Source: an uncultured archaeon
GTDB taxonomy: Archaea > Asgardarchaeota > Lokiarchaeia > Sigyniarchaeales > SOKP01
Assembly (NCBI GenBank): GCA_964525635.1
Contig: CAZGJX010000049.1
Span: 1-28,063, forward strand
DNA: 28,063 nucleotides
Direction: 5' to 3'
Part shown: positions 8,798 through 17,715 of the stretch, piece after piece
Layout of the letters: every line of letters starts with the position of its first letter
How positions within the stretch are numbered: the first letter of the stretch is position 1
Notes under the pieces: model-generated
Seen by the model: only the letters and a program-made list of their open reading frames with translations
Told to the model about the DNA's origin: nothing
Database searches by the model: none
Position numbers and translations under genes: made by a program

Positions 8798-9667
8798 ATG
8801 AAAAAGAAATCTATGATTATTACACCTAATCCTGCTGATATTGAAGTTCAAATATTAACTAAAGAGCTGGAAAGACGAGGATTTACTGTTGATCATTTAA
8901 TTCCTAAAGATTATAAGGTAAATATCATAGATTTTGAAAAACGTTTTATGAATTTAAATCCAAAATTGGCATTAGTTAGAGGTTTTGGAGCAGCATCCAC
9001 TCAAAAGATTTTTTTTCGGCTTGATATATTAACTGCTATTGAGGAAATAGGGATTAAATTAATTAATTCTAGAGAATCTTTAGAATTGGCTAGTGATAAA
9101 TTCTTATCTTCTATTTTTTTAAGGAAAAATAATATACCAACCCCTGAAACAATAATCTGTGAAAATAGTGCTGATGCTTTAGAAGCATTTGAAGAACTTG
9201 GAGGAGATGTAGTTCTTAAACCATTATATGGCTCGAAAGGAATTGGTATCACCCGATTAAATGATGAAGCATTTGCAGAAAATGTTATTTATAGTCTTGC
9301 TCAATTAAATCATATATTTTATTTACAAAAATTCGTAGAACATAATAATCGAGATATTAGAATCCTTGTATTAGGAGATCAAGCTATCGCGGGTATGTAT
9401 CGAGTAAGTAATAATTGGAAGACAAATATTTATGCTGGAGCAAAAATGGAACCAATTGTTTTAACTGAAGAATTAAAAGAATTGGCAATAAAATCTGCAA
9501 AAGCTGTAAGAACGGAAATTGCTGGAGTTGATATTATAAATAGTGAAAAAGGGTATCAAGTCTTAGAAGTTAATTCAATACCTGGATTTACTGCTCTCCA
9601 AAAAGTAGTAGATATAAATATATCAAAAGAAATTATTAACTATTTTCTCAAAATTGGTTCTGATTAA
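8798..9667 (+). CDS. RimK/LysX-family ATP-grasp alpha-L-glutamate ligase (MptN/CofF-like cofactor glutamylation is possible)
   Basis: DKFLS, IPTPET, VLKPLYGSKGIG, YLQKFV, RDIRILVLG, WKTN, AGVDI, VLEVNSIPG motifs. Confidence 0.9.
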   Translation: MKKKSMIITPNPADIEVQILTKELERRGFTVDHLIPKDYKVNIIDFEKRFMNLNPKLALVRGFGAASTQKIFFRLDILTAIEEIGIKLINSRESLELASDKFLSSIFLRKNNIPTPETIICENSADALEAFEELGGDVVLKPLYGSKGIGITRLNDEAFAENVIYSLAQLNHIFYLQKFVEHNNRDIRILVLGDQAIAGMYRVSNNWKTNIYAGAKMEPIVLTEELKELAIKSAKAVRTEIAGVDIINSEKGYQVLEVNSIPGFTALQKVVDINISKEIINYFLKIGSD

Positions 9668-9727
9668 AGCATTTTTTGTACTTTAAAGAAAAAAAGAAAA
9701 AAAAAGAAAATAGTTTGAATTAACAAT

Positions 9728-10066
9728 TTACAATTCATCAATTATACCTAATAAAGAAGCAATGATTAATAATGCACATGCCCATATTCCTCCTCCAAAA
9801 ACAATAAGGAGGATACCCAAAATAAATAAAACTAACCAATGAAATGGAATAGGATCATCAGGTCTAATTCCAGTATAGATAGTAAGAACAGAAATAACTA
9901 TTCCGATGATATATCCTATTACTGGTCTAAGTTGTTCTAAACCAGCATAAATATGATATTGGCTTTCATCTAATAATCCTAAAATACAAAAAGCTAATCC
10001 TACTAAACCACCTATAATGGTTAGAAATTTCATTATTGATTCATTACTATAATGTTTTCTTGCCAT
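9728..10066 (-). CDS. Small multi-pass membrane protein
   Basis: 3-4 hydrophobic segments. The start is placed at ATG 10066 (MARKHYS) after an AAGGAG RBS; the longer ORF-track start overlaps yjjX. Confidence 0.75.
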   Translation of the reverse strand: MARKHYSNESIMKFLTIIGGLVGLAFCILGLLDESQYHIYAGLEQLRPVIGYIIGIVISVLTIYTGIRPDDPIPFHWLVLFILGILLIVFGGGIWACALLIIASLLGIIDEL

Positions 10067-10157
10067 TTTTGACTCCTTTATATTATTGTTTAATATTCTT
10101 TTGAATAGTAAATTAGAAAAATATTTAATATTTTCCTTGATAAAATTTAAATCTTTA

Positions 10158-10742
10158 TTAAATATTATTCTTATTTCTAAGATATAAATCCTCATTAATT
10201 CTAGGTAAAAGAGCACATATTATTGCTTGAAACAAGATATCTTTTCGTTTAATAATATTTTTGCTAAGGAATCCTATAGCTCCAATCTCACTCTTTAAAT
10301 TCACATTATTCGCTAACTTTCCCATAATTACTCCAATTTCAGTATCTTTTTCTGAAATGATTTTATCAATAACAAATTGAGGATATTCAAAAGCAATTCC
10401 AGATCCTATTGATATTTTTTCTTTTTCATCCATTATAACACAAAATTGAAAATCCATATAATTTGTATTCGCTAATGATATTTTAACTAATCCTGCTTCT
10501 ATTCCAATTCCATAAATCTCAGAGTTATCTTTTTTTTCATATTTTAATTTCAATAGTGCATTTTTTGCACGATTATAAGCCCCTTTAAGAATCATTTTTA
10601 GTCCAATAGGTTGATCCAATACATTTGAATCTGCTTTAATTTTATAAATCTTATAATTATCGAAAAATTTATGGTATGCTAATTCTACGGCTTTAATTTT
10701 AACTGGATTTAAAGATCCTACACATATTTTTATTTTTTTCAT
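10158..10742 (-). CDS. yjjX: Inosine/xanthosine triphosphatase (non-canonical purine NTPase)
   Basis: VGSLNPVKIKAV, DQPIG, GAYNRA, GIGIEAG, GAIGFLS...R motifs. Confidence 0.9.
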   Translation of the reverse strand: MKKIKICVGSLNPVKIKAVELAYHKFFDNYKIYKIKADSNVLDQPIGLKMILKGAYNRAKNALLKLKYEKKDNSEIYGIGIEAGLVKISLANTNYMDFQFCVIMDEKEKISIGSGIAFEYPQFVIDKIISEKDTEIGVIMGKLANNVNLKSEIGAIGFLSKNIIKRKDILFQAIICALLPRINEDLYLRNKNNI

Positions 10743-10766
10743 TATTAAATTAAATTTATATTTATT

Positions 10767-11378
10767 TTATTCCAATAAGTCCAAATTAAATTCATTCTTA
10801 AGAATTTGATATAATTGTTGCATAGGTAAACCAAGCACATTGGAATAAGAACCATCTATAGATTGTACGAACATACTTGCTCTTTCTCTTAGAGAATATG
10901 CTCCAGCTTTACCTATCCATTCTTTTGATCTTATATAAGACCAGATCTCATTATCAGAGAGATTCAAAAACTTAACTAACGTTTGATCATAATCTACAAT
11001 TATTTTCTCTTCCTTTAAATCCATTATAGCATATCCTGTAATAAGCTTATGTGTTTTATCAACTAGTTTCTTTAAAATTTTAAAAGCATGTTTCTCATCT
11101 CTAGCCTTACCTATTATTTCTCCTTCAAATTCAACAATAGTATCTGCACTAATTATGATTGCATCATTGTATAGCTTTTTTACCTTCTTTTTAACGTTTA
11201 AAACCTTTGCTTTTGCTAATTCCTGAACTAAATAATAAGGATCGTTAATATTTCGTTTAAATTTTTCTTCATTTAAATCGGGACTTATAACTATAAATGG
11301 GATTCTTGCCTTTTTAAATAGTTCCTTTCTATCAATGGATTTTGAAGCTAAAATAATATCTTTCAAATATATAACCAA
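10767..11378 (-). CDS. maf: Maf-family nucleoside triphosphate pyrophosphatase
   Basis: IILASKS..RKEL, AKAK, ISADTIV, IIGK, GKAGAY, DGSYSNVLGLP. Confidence 0.92.
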   Translation of the reverse strand: MVIYLKDIILASKSIDRKELFKKARIPFIVISPDLNEEKFKRNINDPYYLVQELAKAKVLNVKKKVKKLYNDAIIISADTIVEFEGEIIGKARDEKHAFKILKKLVDKTHKLITGYAIMDLKEEKIIVDYDQTLVKFLNLSDNEIWSYIRSKEWIGKAGAYSLRERASMFVQSIDGSYSNVLGLPMQQLYQILKNEFNLDLLE

Positions 11379-11412
11379 GTATTAAGCTCTTCTCAATTTA
11401 ATACTATGTATT

Positions 11413-11706
11413 CTACCCCCCAAAATAAATATATAGAAAAGTAAGATCATCCCCATCTTTTAACATTGTATCTAAAAAATCTTTATCTCTAAAATTATGT
11501 CCATTAATGATAATTGAAATAAAAGTACTTAATTCTCCTTTCTTTTTCCTCTCCCATAGGAGATTATAAAGATTTTCCCCATATTTCTCCTTTAAAAATT
11601 CAAATAACTCTTTTAATGTTAATTTTTTATCAAATGATATTTTTTCAGATAATCTTTTTGTCAATTCATTAAAAGGAGGTTCATAGTTTAGTGTTAATAA
11701 AATCAT
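11413..11706 (-). CDS. MoaD/ThiS/SAMP-family ubiquitin-like protein
   Basis: 97 aa beta-grasp pattern (TLKELF..L..KYG, IIING, LDT.LKDGD.L) ending in di-glycine. Confidence 0.88.
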   Translation of the reverse strand: MILLTLNYEPPFNELTKRLSEKISFDKKLTLKELFEFLKEKYGENLYNLLWERKKKGELSTFISIIINGHNFRDKDFLDTMLKDGDDLTFLYIYFGG

Positions 11707-11798
11707 ATATCTATATCAATTCAATTTTATTAATTCAATATAATATAATAAAACTAAATTATTTAATTTTTATTCTTGTAGAATTGCAATTATATGTT

Positions 11799-13358
11799 TT
11801 AAACAATAGTATTTGATGATCTGGGTAATAAAAGAGAAATTTTTTCAGATAAAACACTATTTAAATTGATACTTTGAGGTAAACCATTTTTCATCAGGGA
11901 TCTCAACTCTTCTGAAATGATCGACTTTGTTATTCCTTGAGAATGTAGCATCTCTATCCCTCTCATCACTACTTGATTTATAAGTCGTAAAATATTTTTA
12001 GACGTCCAACTAAATGTTCCAAAGGGATTTAAATATCTCTTTACTTGTTTTATTATCCAATCCTTATATAAGTATGTAGATGCATAAGCTTCACCTACTA
12101 AATGATAAATCTCTTTATTGGTTAATTCGGGAGTTCGCATCATGGGGTGAAATAAATCATAGTGTTTATAATTGTTACTAGTTATCATTTTAGCATCTTT
12201 CATTTCTTGGTAAAATTCTGTACCAGGAAATGCTGTAATTGGAGTAAATTGCATGCAGGTTAGATCTAAACCTCTTGCAAACTGAATTGTTTGACGTACC
12301 ATTGTTTTGGTCTCACCTGGGAAGCCTATAATTATTCCTCCAAATATAGAGATCCCTCTATCATGAAGCATAGAAACTACTTTTTGAGTCATTTCTGGGG
12401 TTAGACCTCTTTTATTCATTGCATCAAGGCTTTGTTGATGTACAGATTCTATTCCTAGAAATAATAAGCGAATACCTGCTTTATGCATTAAATCTATCAA
12501 CCATGGATTTTTATATAAAGTATCGATTCTTGACTGAGCACTAAAATTGAATTTATTATGAATACCTGATTTTATGATTGTTTCTAAAATCTTTTTTGTC
12601 CGTTTTATTTGAATAGTAAAATTATCTTCACAAAAGAAGATTATATCATTCTTCGAGTTAACATCATATATTTCTCTCATTATTCGCGAAATACTTTTGG
12701 AACGATATACAATTTTTTGGGTGGGATCTTTCCACATTTTTACAATACAACAAAATTTACATGAATGCGGGCAGCCTCTTGAAGTCTCAAGTTGAGCAAC
12801 TCTCGATCCTAAATAAATATATTTATTATTATCTAATAAATCCCTTCTTGGCATGGAAAAATTATCTAAATTTAATTCTAACGGTCTTTCAGCAGTATGC
12901 TGAACTTTATTTTCTGAATTTAAAAACGAGATTCCCTTTATATCTTTTAAATTCATTTGATTTTTATTTCCATCAATATAATCCACGATCTCTTTAAATG
13001 TATGCTCACCTTCACCTCGAATAGTATAGTCTACATATTTATGTTTTGCAACATAATCAGGGGCTAAGGTAGAATGATATCCTCCTATTATTGTGGTACA
13101 TCCTTGTTCTTTGGCCATTTCTGCAACTTCAAGTGCATGTGATATTTGTGGCGTCATAGAAGTTATAGCGACTATATCTGAACGATTTAATTCTCGTTTA
13201 AATTGTTTTTCCCTAAATTTGTGAACTTTAAAATCAAATAACCTAGCTTCATGTTCTGGCACCATAGCTGCAATAGATATAAGGCTTGTAGGAGGGCCCT
13301 TTATTATCGCATCCAATCCAGATTTCAATCTAGCAGGATTTACATATAGAATTTTCAT
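11799..13358 (-). CDS. Cobalamin-binding radical SAM enzyme
   Basis: N-terminal B12-binding domain (DIVAITSMT, IIGGYHST, RGEGE), ETSRGCPHSCKFC (CxxxCxxC), EDNF, GIES, IIGFPGET, PGT. Confidence 0.92.
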   Translation of the reverse strand: MKILYVNPARLKSGLDAIIKGPPTSLISIAAMVPEHEARLFDFKVHKFREKQFKRELNRSDIVAITSMTPQISHALEVAEMAKEQGCTTIIGGYHSTLAPDYVAKHKYVDYTIRGEGEHTFKEIVDYIDGNKNQMNLKDIKGISFLNSENKVQHTAERPLELNLDNFSMPRRDLLDNNKYIYLGSRVAQLETSRGCPHSCKFCCIVKMWKDPTQKIVYRSKSISRIMREIYDVNSKNDIIFFCEDNFTIQIKRTKKILETIIKSGIHNKFNFSAQSRIDTLYKNPWLIDLMHKAGIRLLFLGIESVHQQSLDAMNKRGLTPEMTQKVVSMLHDRGISIFGGIIIGFPGETKTMVRQTIQFARGLDLTCMQFTPITAFPGTEFYQEMKDAKMITSNNYKHYDLFHPMMRTPELTNKEIYHLVGEAYASTYLYKDWIIKQVKRYLNPFGTFSWTSKNILRLINQVVMRGIEMLHSQGITKSIISEELRSLMKNGLPQSINLNSVLSEKISLLLPRSSNTIV

Positions 13359-13588
13359 TTCTTAATTTACCTATTGATATAAAGGAAAACATGATTTATT
13401 AGAAAAATTTTCTGATTTTTTGAGTCTATAAGATTATGAAATTAGTTATTTTTTTATAAATAAATGAAATTTTAAATTCGATAAAGATTGCAATTTCCTC
13501 TATCTTCAATTTATTTATTAAAGTTTTAACAGAAAAATTATATAATTGTAAAATTTGTGGTTATTATATCAATTAAAAAGTGTTATAA

Positions 13589-14596
13589 ATGGCTAAAGTA
13601 TTTTTTATTTCAAAAGAAAATATTAGAGATGCATGGTTAACTGCTGTTACTAATATTTTATATAATGGAGATGATATTAAAACAGAATATGATAAACCTG
13701 AAGATCTACCCTCTAAAGACGCTACAGTATTAATAGAAATTAAAAATCCATTAAGTTCTCCAATATCTCGCCATGGGAAATTACTTCAAATTAAGTCCAA
13801 ATTTGGTAATGCATTTGAAGGTTATGGATGCTTGGCAGATACCTATTTAATCGGATCAATCCAAAGTGGTTATATTGAAGAGATCTTAGAAGGTATAAAC
13901 GATCATTTTCTCTGGGAATCAGGAGTGAGCTTTCCATATTCTTATCATGATAGAATTTTTAATTATCGTCCATATTCCGTAGAAGATTCAATTCATAGGA
14001 ATTATGATATTGAATTTAATGATAATACTTTTCTTAAAAATCATCAAAAATTGATTAAAGCAGAGAAAATTAAAACCTCAGAAGACTCTATTATTTGGAA
14101 ATTGAAAAATGGTGTAGAATTTGATCTTGATAAAAAAATTTCAACTCAAATAGGACTTGATAAAATTCCAATTGGTATATTAAATTTTCCAAAAATAAAT
14201 CAAATGGAATATATTATTGAAAAACTTAGAGATAAACCATATAGTAGAAGAGCTCAAGCTATAACATGGCGTCCATTAGTTGATCCTTTTCATAATGATC
14301 CTCCATGTCTACAAAGAATATGGATGAGAGTTAAGAAAGGAAAATTAATTATGCAAACTACATGGAGAAGTAGAGATCTTTTTAGAGCATGGGAAGCCAA
14401 TGTTAATGGAATGGTAAGATTACAAAAAATGGTTGCGGAAGAATTAAATGTTGAAATAGGTCATTATTTAGATTTTAGTAACTCATTACATATTTATGGA
14501 AGGACAATTCCAGAATTAAAGGATATGTTAATAAGAATGAAAAACAAGGGAGAACTTTCTAAAGAAATTATAAAAATAATTGAAGAATATAGTTAA
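13589..14596 (+). CDS. thyA: Thymidylate synthase, archaeal type, with insertions
   Basis: YSYHDR, SRRA, DPPCLQ (catalytic Cys), WRSRD, AWEAN, SLHIY. Confidence 0.88.
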   Translation: MAKVFFISKENIRDAWLTAVTNILYNGDDIKTEYDKPEDLPSKDATVLIEIKNPLSSPISRHGKLLQIKSKFGNAFEGYGCLADTYLIGSIQSGYIEEILEGINDHFLWESGVSFPYSYHDRIFNYRPYSVEDSIHRNYDIEFNDNTFLKNHQKLIKAEKIKTSEDSIIWKLKNGVEFDLDKKISTQIGLDKIPIGILNFPKINQMEYIIEKLRDKPYSRRAQAITWRPLVDPFHNDPPCLQRIWMRVKKGKLIMQTTWRSRDLFRAWEANVNGMVRLQKMVAEELNVEIGHYLDFSNSLHIYGRTIPELKDMLIRMKNKGELSKEIIKIIEEYS

Positions 14597-14787
14597 TCTA
14601 TTTATTCAAGTGAAATCACAGGAGAAGTAATATTTTATTATATTTACTCTATTATTTTATATGTTTTTTTAAAATTATTTAATGATGATTTTTTAAAACT
14701 GAATAATTAAATAATATCAAATTTTAAATATTATTAAAAAATAGTTTTGTATTAAAAATTAAATAAATCCTCATATCTGCGAAAATC

Positions 14788-15528
14788 ATGCCAAATTGGT
14801 TCAGAAAGAAAAAAGATGAAATGATCATGGAAGATCAGATACGTGCCGGCCCTTATGTTCCACCTCCTAAACGAAAGAATCAAGTTCAAACTGCTAATGT
14901 ACCCCCTGAAATGGAAGCTCTTTTCTCCAAAGCTGAAGAATATGTTGGAAAATTTTTTGATGATATCCATTGGGATCCTACAAAAGGTACAATTACAATA
15001 GGGGGAAATAGATATATTTTAATAAACGCGGAGTCATTTCGTGAAATGACTCGATCACTAGCAGAAGAACTTGAAATCCCAGAAGAAAAAGCAAATAGTT
15101 TGTATTATCGATTAGCAAAGATATTAGGACAACATGATGCCCGTAAATTTCACTATACTATGAATGTTCAAGATCCAATTGCAAAATTGAGTGCAGGACC
15201 AGTTCATTTTGCATATACTGGAAATGCGTTTGTTTCTCTTTTACCATCAAATCCAACACCTGATGAAAATTATGTTCTAATGTATGATCACCCTCAAAGT
15301 TTTGAAGCGGATATATGGATTCGAAAATATGGTCCAAATGCTAAATTTCCTGTTTGTTATTGGAATTCTGGATACTCATCAGGTTGGTGTACGGAGTCAT
15401 TTGGTATCGATTTAGACGCCAAGGAAATTAGTTGCCGTGCAAAAGGAGATAAGGAATGTAGATTTGTTATGGCCCCAAAAGAAAAACTTGAAGAAAAAAT
15501 TGCTGAAGCTTATAAAAAAGGATTCTAA
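14788..15528 (+). CDS. Stand-alone XylR N-terminal/V4R (4-vinyl reductase) ligand-binding domain protein
   Basis: DPTKGTITIGGNRYILI, DPIAKLSAGPVHFAYTG, SFEA, and a Zn-site pattern C-YWNSGYSSGW...E-x-x-C-RAKGD-x-x-C-RF. Confidence 0.88.
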   Translation: MPNWFRKKKDEMIMEDQIRAGPYVPPPKRKNQVQTANVPPEMEALFSKAEEYVGKFFDDIHWDPTKGTITIGGNRYILINAESFREMTRSLAEELEIPEEKANSLYYRLAKILGQHDARKFHYTMNVQDPIAKLSAGPVHFAYTGNAFVSLLPSNPTPDENYVLMYDHPQSFEADIWIRKYGPNAKFPVCYWNSGYSSGWCTESFGIDLDAKEISCRAKGDKECRFVMAPKEKLEEKIAEAYKKGF

Positions 15529-15587
15529 TGTAAAATTAAGACTGAGAAAATTCCATTTTTTAATGAATAAAGAGGAATGATATATAG

Positions 15588-16931
15588 ATGAGAAATTCTT
15601 TTGTTAGGATGTTTTGTATTTATAATGGAATGCCCCTTTGGGCGGTATCATATCCTAAAAAAGAAGATAATATTGTTTTAATAAGTGGATTATTATCTGC
15701 ACTTGATATTTTTGCTCAGCAAGTTACTGAGACAAAAATAACAAATATTAGTACTCAAGATAGTAATTGGACTTTTTCAAGATTACATAACCAAGAAAAT
15801 TTTTATTTAGTTTTTCAATATCCAATCTTAGAAGATGAAATTCTTAAAAAAGAACAAGAAAAAATTTCGCAAAATCTAATTAAGTTAATAAAAAGTGAAT
15901 TTGAGCAATTATATCCAAAGGTTTTTTTTCAAAATTTCGATGAGGATGTTACTCAATTTAAAGATTTTACATCAATAATTCAAAAAAGAATACAACAAAA
16001 CTATATCACACTTAATCGTTCTATTTTCCGTGATAATATTTGGTTAGCGAAATTTAAGGACGCAGAGAAATTATTCACAGCGATTTTACTGAACTATCCT
16101 ATTTTCCTAATATTTGACTTAGAACAAAAAATCGATAATATTTTTGAAAATTCTATATCTAAGAAATTTATAGCAACTTTAGAAGGTTTATTTTATGGAA
16201 TGCTTTTAAATTGTAAAGAATTCAAGGAATATAAAGAATCCAATCAACATAAAAATCATTTCCCATTCGTAAGAGAACTTTATATTTTATCAGAAGAAAA
16301 GTATTCAAAAATGAATAAATCAGAATTTCCTAAGAATTCGTGTATTATAAAACTTGGCAAGGAGATGATAATAGTTGGTCCACCAGTAATTCACTTTGCA
16401 GAAAGATTGGTACAAGAATTACGGGAAATGACTTCTGAGCGATTAACAGGAATAATTAATAAATTATTCATGGTAAAAGAAAAGGTTGAGCATATAAGAA
16501 ATCTATTTCTAATAGGACAATTAAAAAAAGATGATCTCAAAAATACCTTGTTAAACTTAGATTTCGAAATAAGAGAGACTGTTATAATCTCTTTAGAAGA
16601 ACAAATTCCTGAATTAAGAGATATATTAATAGATTTATGCAATAATGAACATTGGGATATAACAAGATTTATAATGGACTATGAAAAGGGTTATTATCCT
16701 TACACAAAAATAATTTGTCCACGCTGTAATAAAGAGATGAAACTTAAACTCAATTTAGATTTCTCCAATAATATTCCTGTTTTAGAAGTTAATATAAATT
16801 TAAAAACACCTAATTCATGTGGTCATGAATTTGACGTTTATATAAATAAGGAACGAAAAGTTCTTGGTTATGGAAATATTAAAAATATTGATCTGAATAA
16901 AGATATTAAAGATCTTTTCTCAAAATTATAG
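15588..16931 (+). CDS. Putative longin (uDENN)-like + DENN-core-like + C-terminal zinc-ribbon protein
   Basis: N-terminal pattern NGMPLW...LISGLLSALDIFAQQV...I...F..LY (longin-like); central LFTAILLNYPIFLI; C-terminal CPRC...CGHEFDVYINKERKVLGY. Confidence 0.6.
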   Translation: MRNSFVRMFCIYNGMPLWAVSYPKKEDNIVLISGLLSALDIFAQQVTETKITNISTQDSNWTFSRLHNQENFYLVFQYPILEDEILKKEQEKISQNLIKLIKSEFEQLYPKVFFQNFDEDVTQFKDFTSIIQKRIQQNYITLNRSIFRDNIWLAKFKDAEKLFTAILLNYPIFLIFDLEQKIDNIFENSISKKFIATLEGLFYGMLLNCKEFKEYKESNQHKNHFPFVRELYILSEEKYSKMNKSEFPKNSCIIKLGKEMIIVGPPVIHFAERLVQELREMTSERLTGIINKLFMVKEKVEHIRNLFLIGQLKKDDLKNTLLNLDFEIRETVIISLEEQIPELRDILIDLCNNEHWDITRFIMDYEKGYYPYTKIICPRCNKEMKLKLNLDFSNNIPVLEVNINLKTPNSCGHEFDVYINKERKVLGYGNIKNIDLNKDIKDLFSKL

Positions 16932-16933
16932 GG

Positions 16934-16957
16934 AAAAAAAAAAAATAAAAAAAAAAT
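16934..16957 (-). terminator. Oligo-T terminator candidate for the minus-strand ABC operon
   Basis: About 23-nt A-run on the plus strand (T-run on minus) immediately after the stop at 16958, between convergent genes. Confidence 0.45.
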
Positions 16958-17713
16958 TTAGTTATTTATAACTTCAATAATCTTACCATCTCTCATTTTA
17001 AGAGTTTTTTCTGCAAGAGATCCTACAGCAGGATCATGGGTAACCATTAGGATTGTTTGATTTAATTCTCTATTTAAATCATGTAACAATTGTATTATTT
17101 CCATTCCCATTTTAGTATCTAATTCTCCTGTGGGTTCATCAGCAATTAGGATAGCAGGTTCATTACTTAGTGATCTAGCAATTGCTATGCGCTGTTTTTC
17201 TCCTCCAGATAATTCAGAAGGTAGAAAATCTTTTCTCTCAGTCAAACCAACAAGTTTTAATAGTCTTTCTATAGTTTTTGTACGAACATTATCAGATTTA
17301 TTAGCAAAGAGCATTGGTAATTCAACATTTTCATAAGCAGTTAATACTGGAACTAGATTATAAAATTGAAAAATGAATCCTATTTTCTCAAGTCTTAAAT
17401 TAGTTCTTTCAACATCATTCATATACGCTACATTAATTCCATCAATGTAAACAGCCCCACTTGTAGGATTATCTAAAGCTCCGATCATATTTAACAGTGT
17501 TGTTTTACCACTTCCTGAAGGACCCATTACAGAAACAAATTCCCCTTTTTTAATATCAATGCTTACACTATCTAATGCTCTTATTTCAATACGTTCTCCC
17601 ATATTATATACTTTTTCTAAGTTGAATGTCTGAATCATTGCGTCAGAATCTATTTGATAATGGTTGTCTTTGGTTTTTAACACTGATTTTTTTTGTTTTT
17701 TCTTTTTTATCAT
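16958..17713 (-). CDS. ABC transporter ATP-binding protein (LolD/MacB-type)
   Basis: GPSGSGKTT, IGFIFQFYNL, LSGGEKQRIAIARSL, ADEPTGELD, MVTHD. Confidence 0.95.
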   Translation of the reverse strand: MIKKKKQKKSVLKTKDNHYQIDSDAMIQTFNLEKVYNMGERIEIRALDSVSIDIKKGEFVSVMGPSGSGKTTLLNMIGALDNPTSGAVYIDGINVAYMNDVERTNLRLEKIGFIFQFYNLVPVLTAYENVELPMLFANKSDNVRTKTIERLLKLVGLTERKDFLPSELSGGEKQRIAIARSLSNEPAILIADEPTGELDTKMGMEIIQLLHDLNRELNQTILMVTHDPAVGSLAEKTLKMRDGKIIEVINN

Positions 17714-17715
17714 AT

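Noticed and set aside
10067-10216. 50-aa N-terminal extension of the membrane protein in the ORF track
   Set aside because: It overlaps the yjjX 3' end and is low-complexity AT-rich sequence; a good RBS and ATG lie at 10066.
13970-14200. Intein or intron in thyA
   Set aside because: The frame is continuous and there is no C/S...HN-C/S/T splice-junction pattern.
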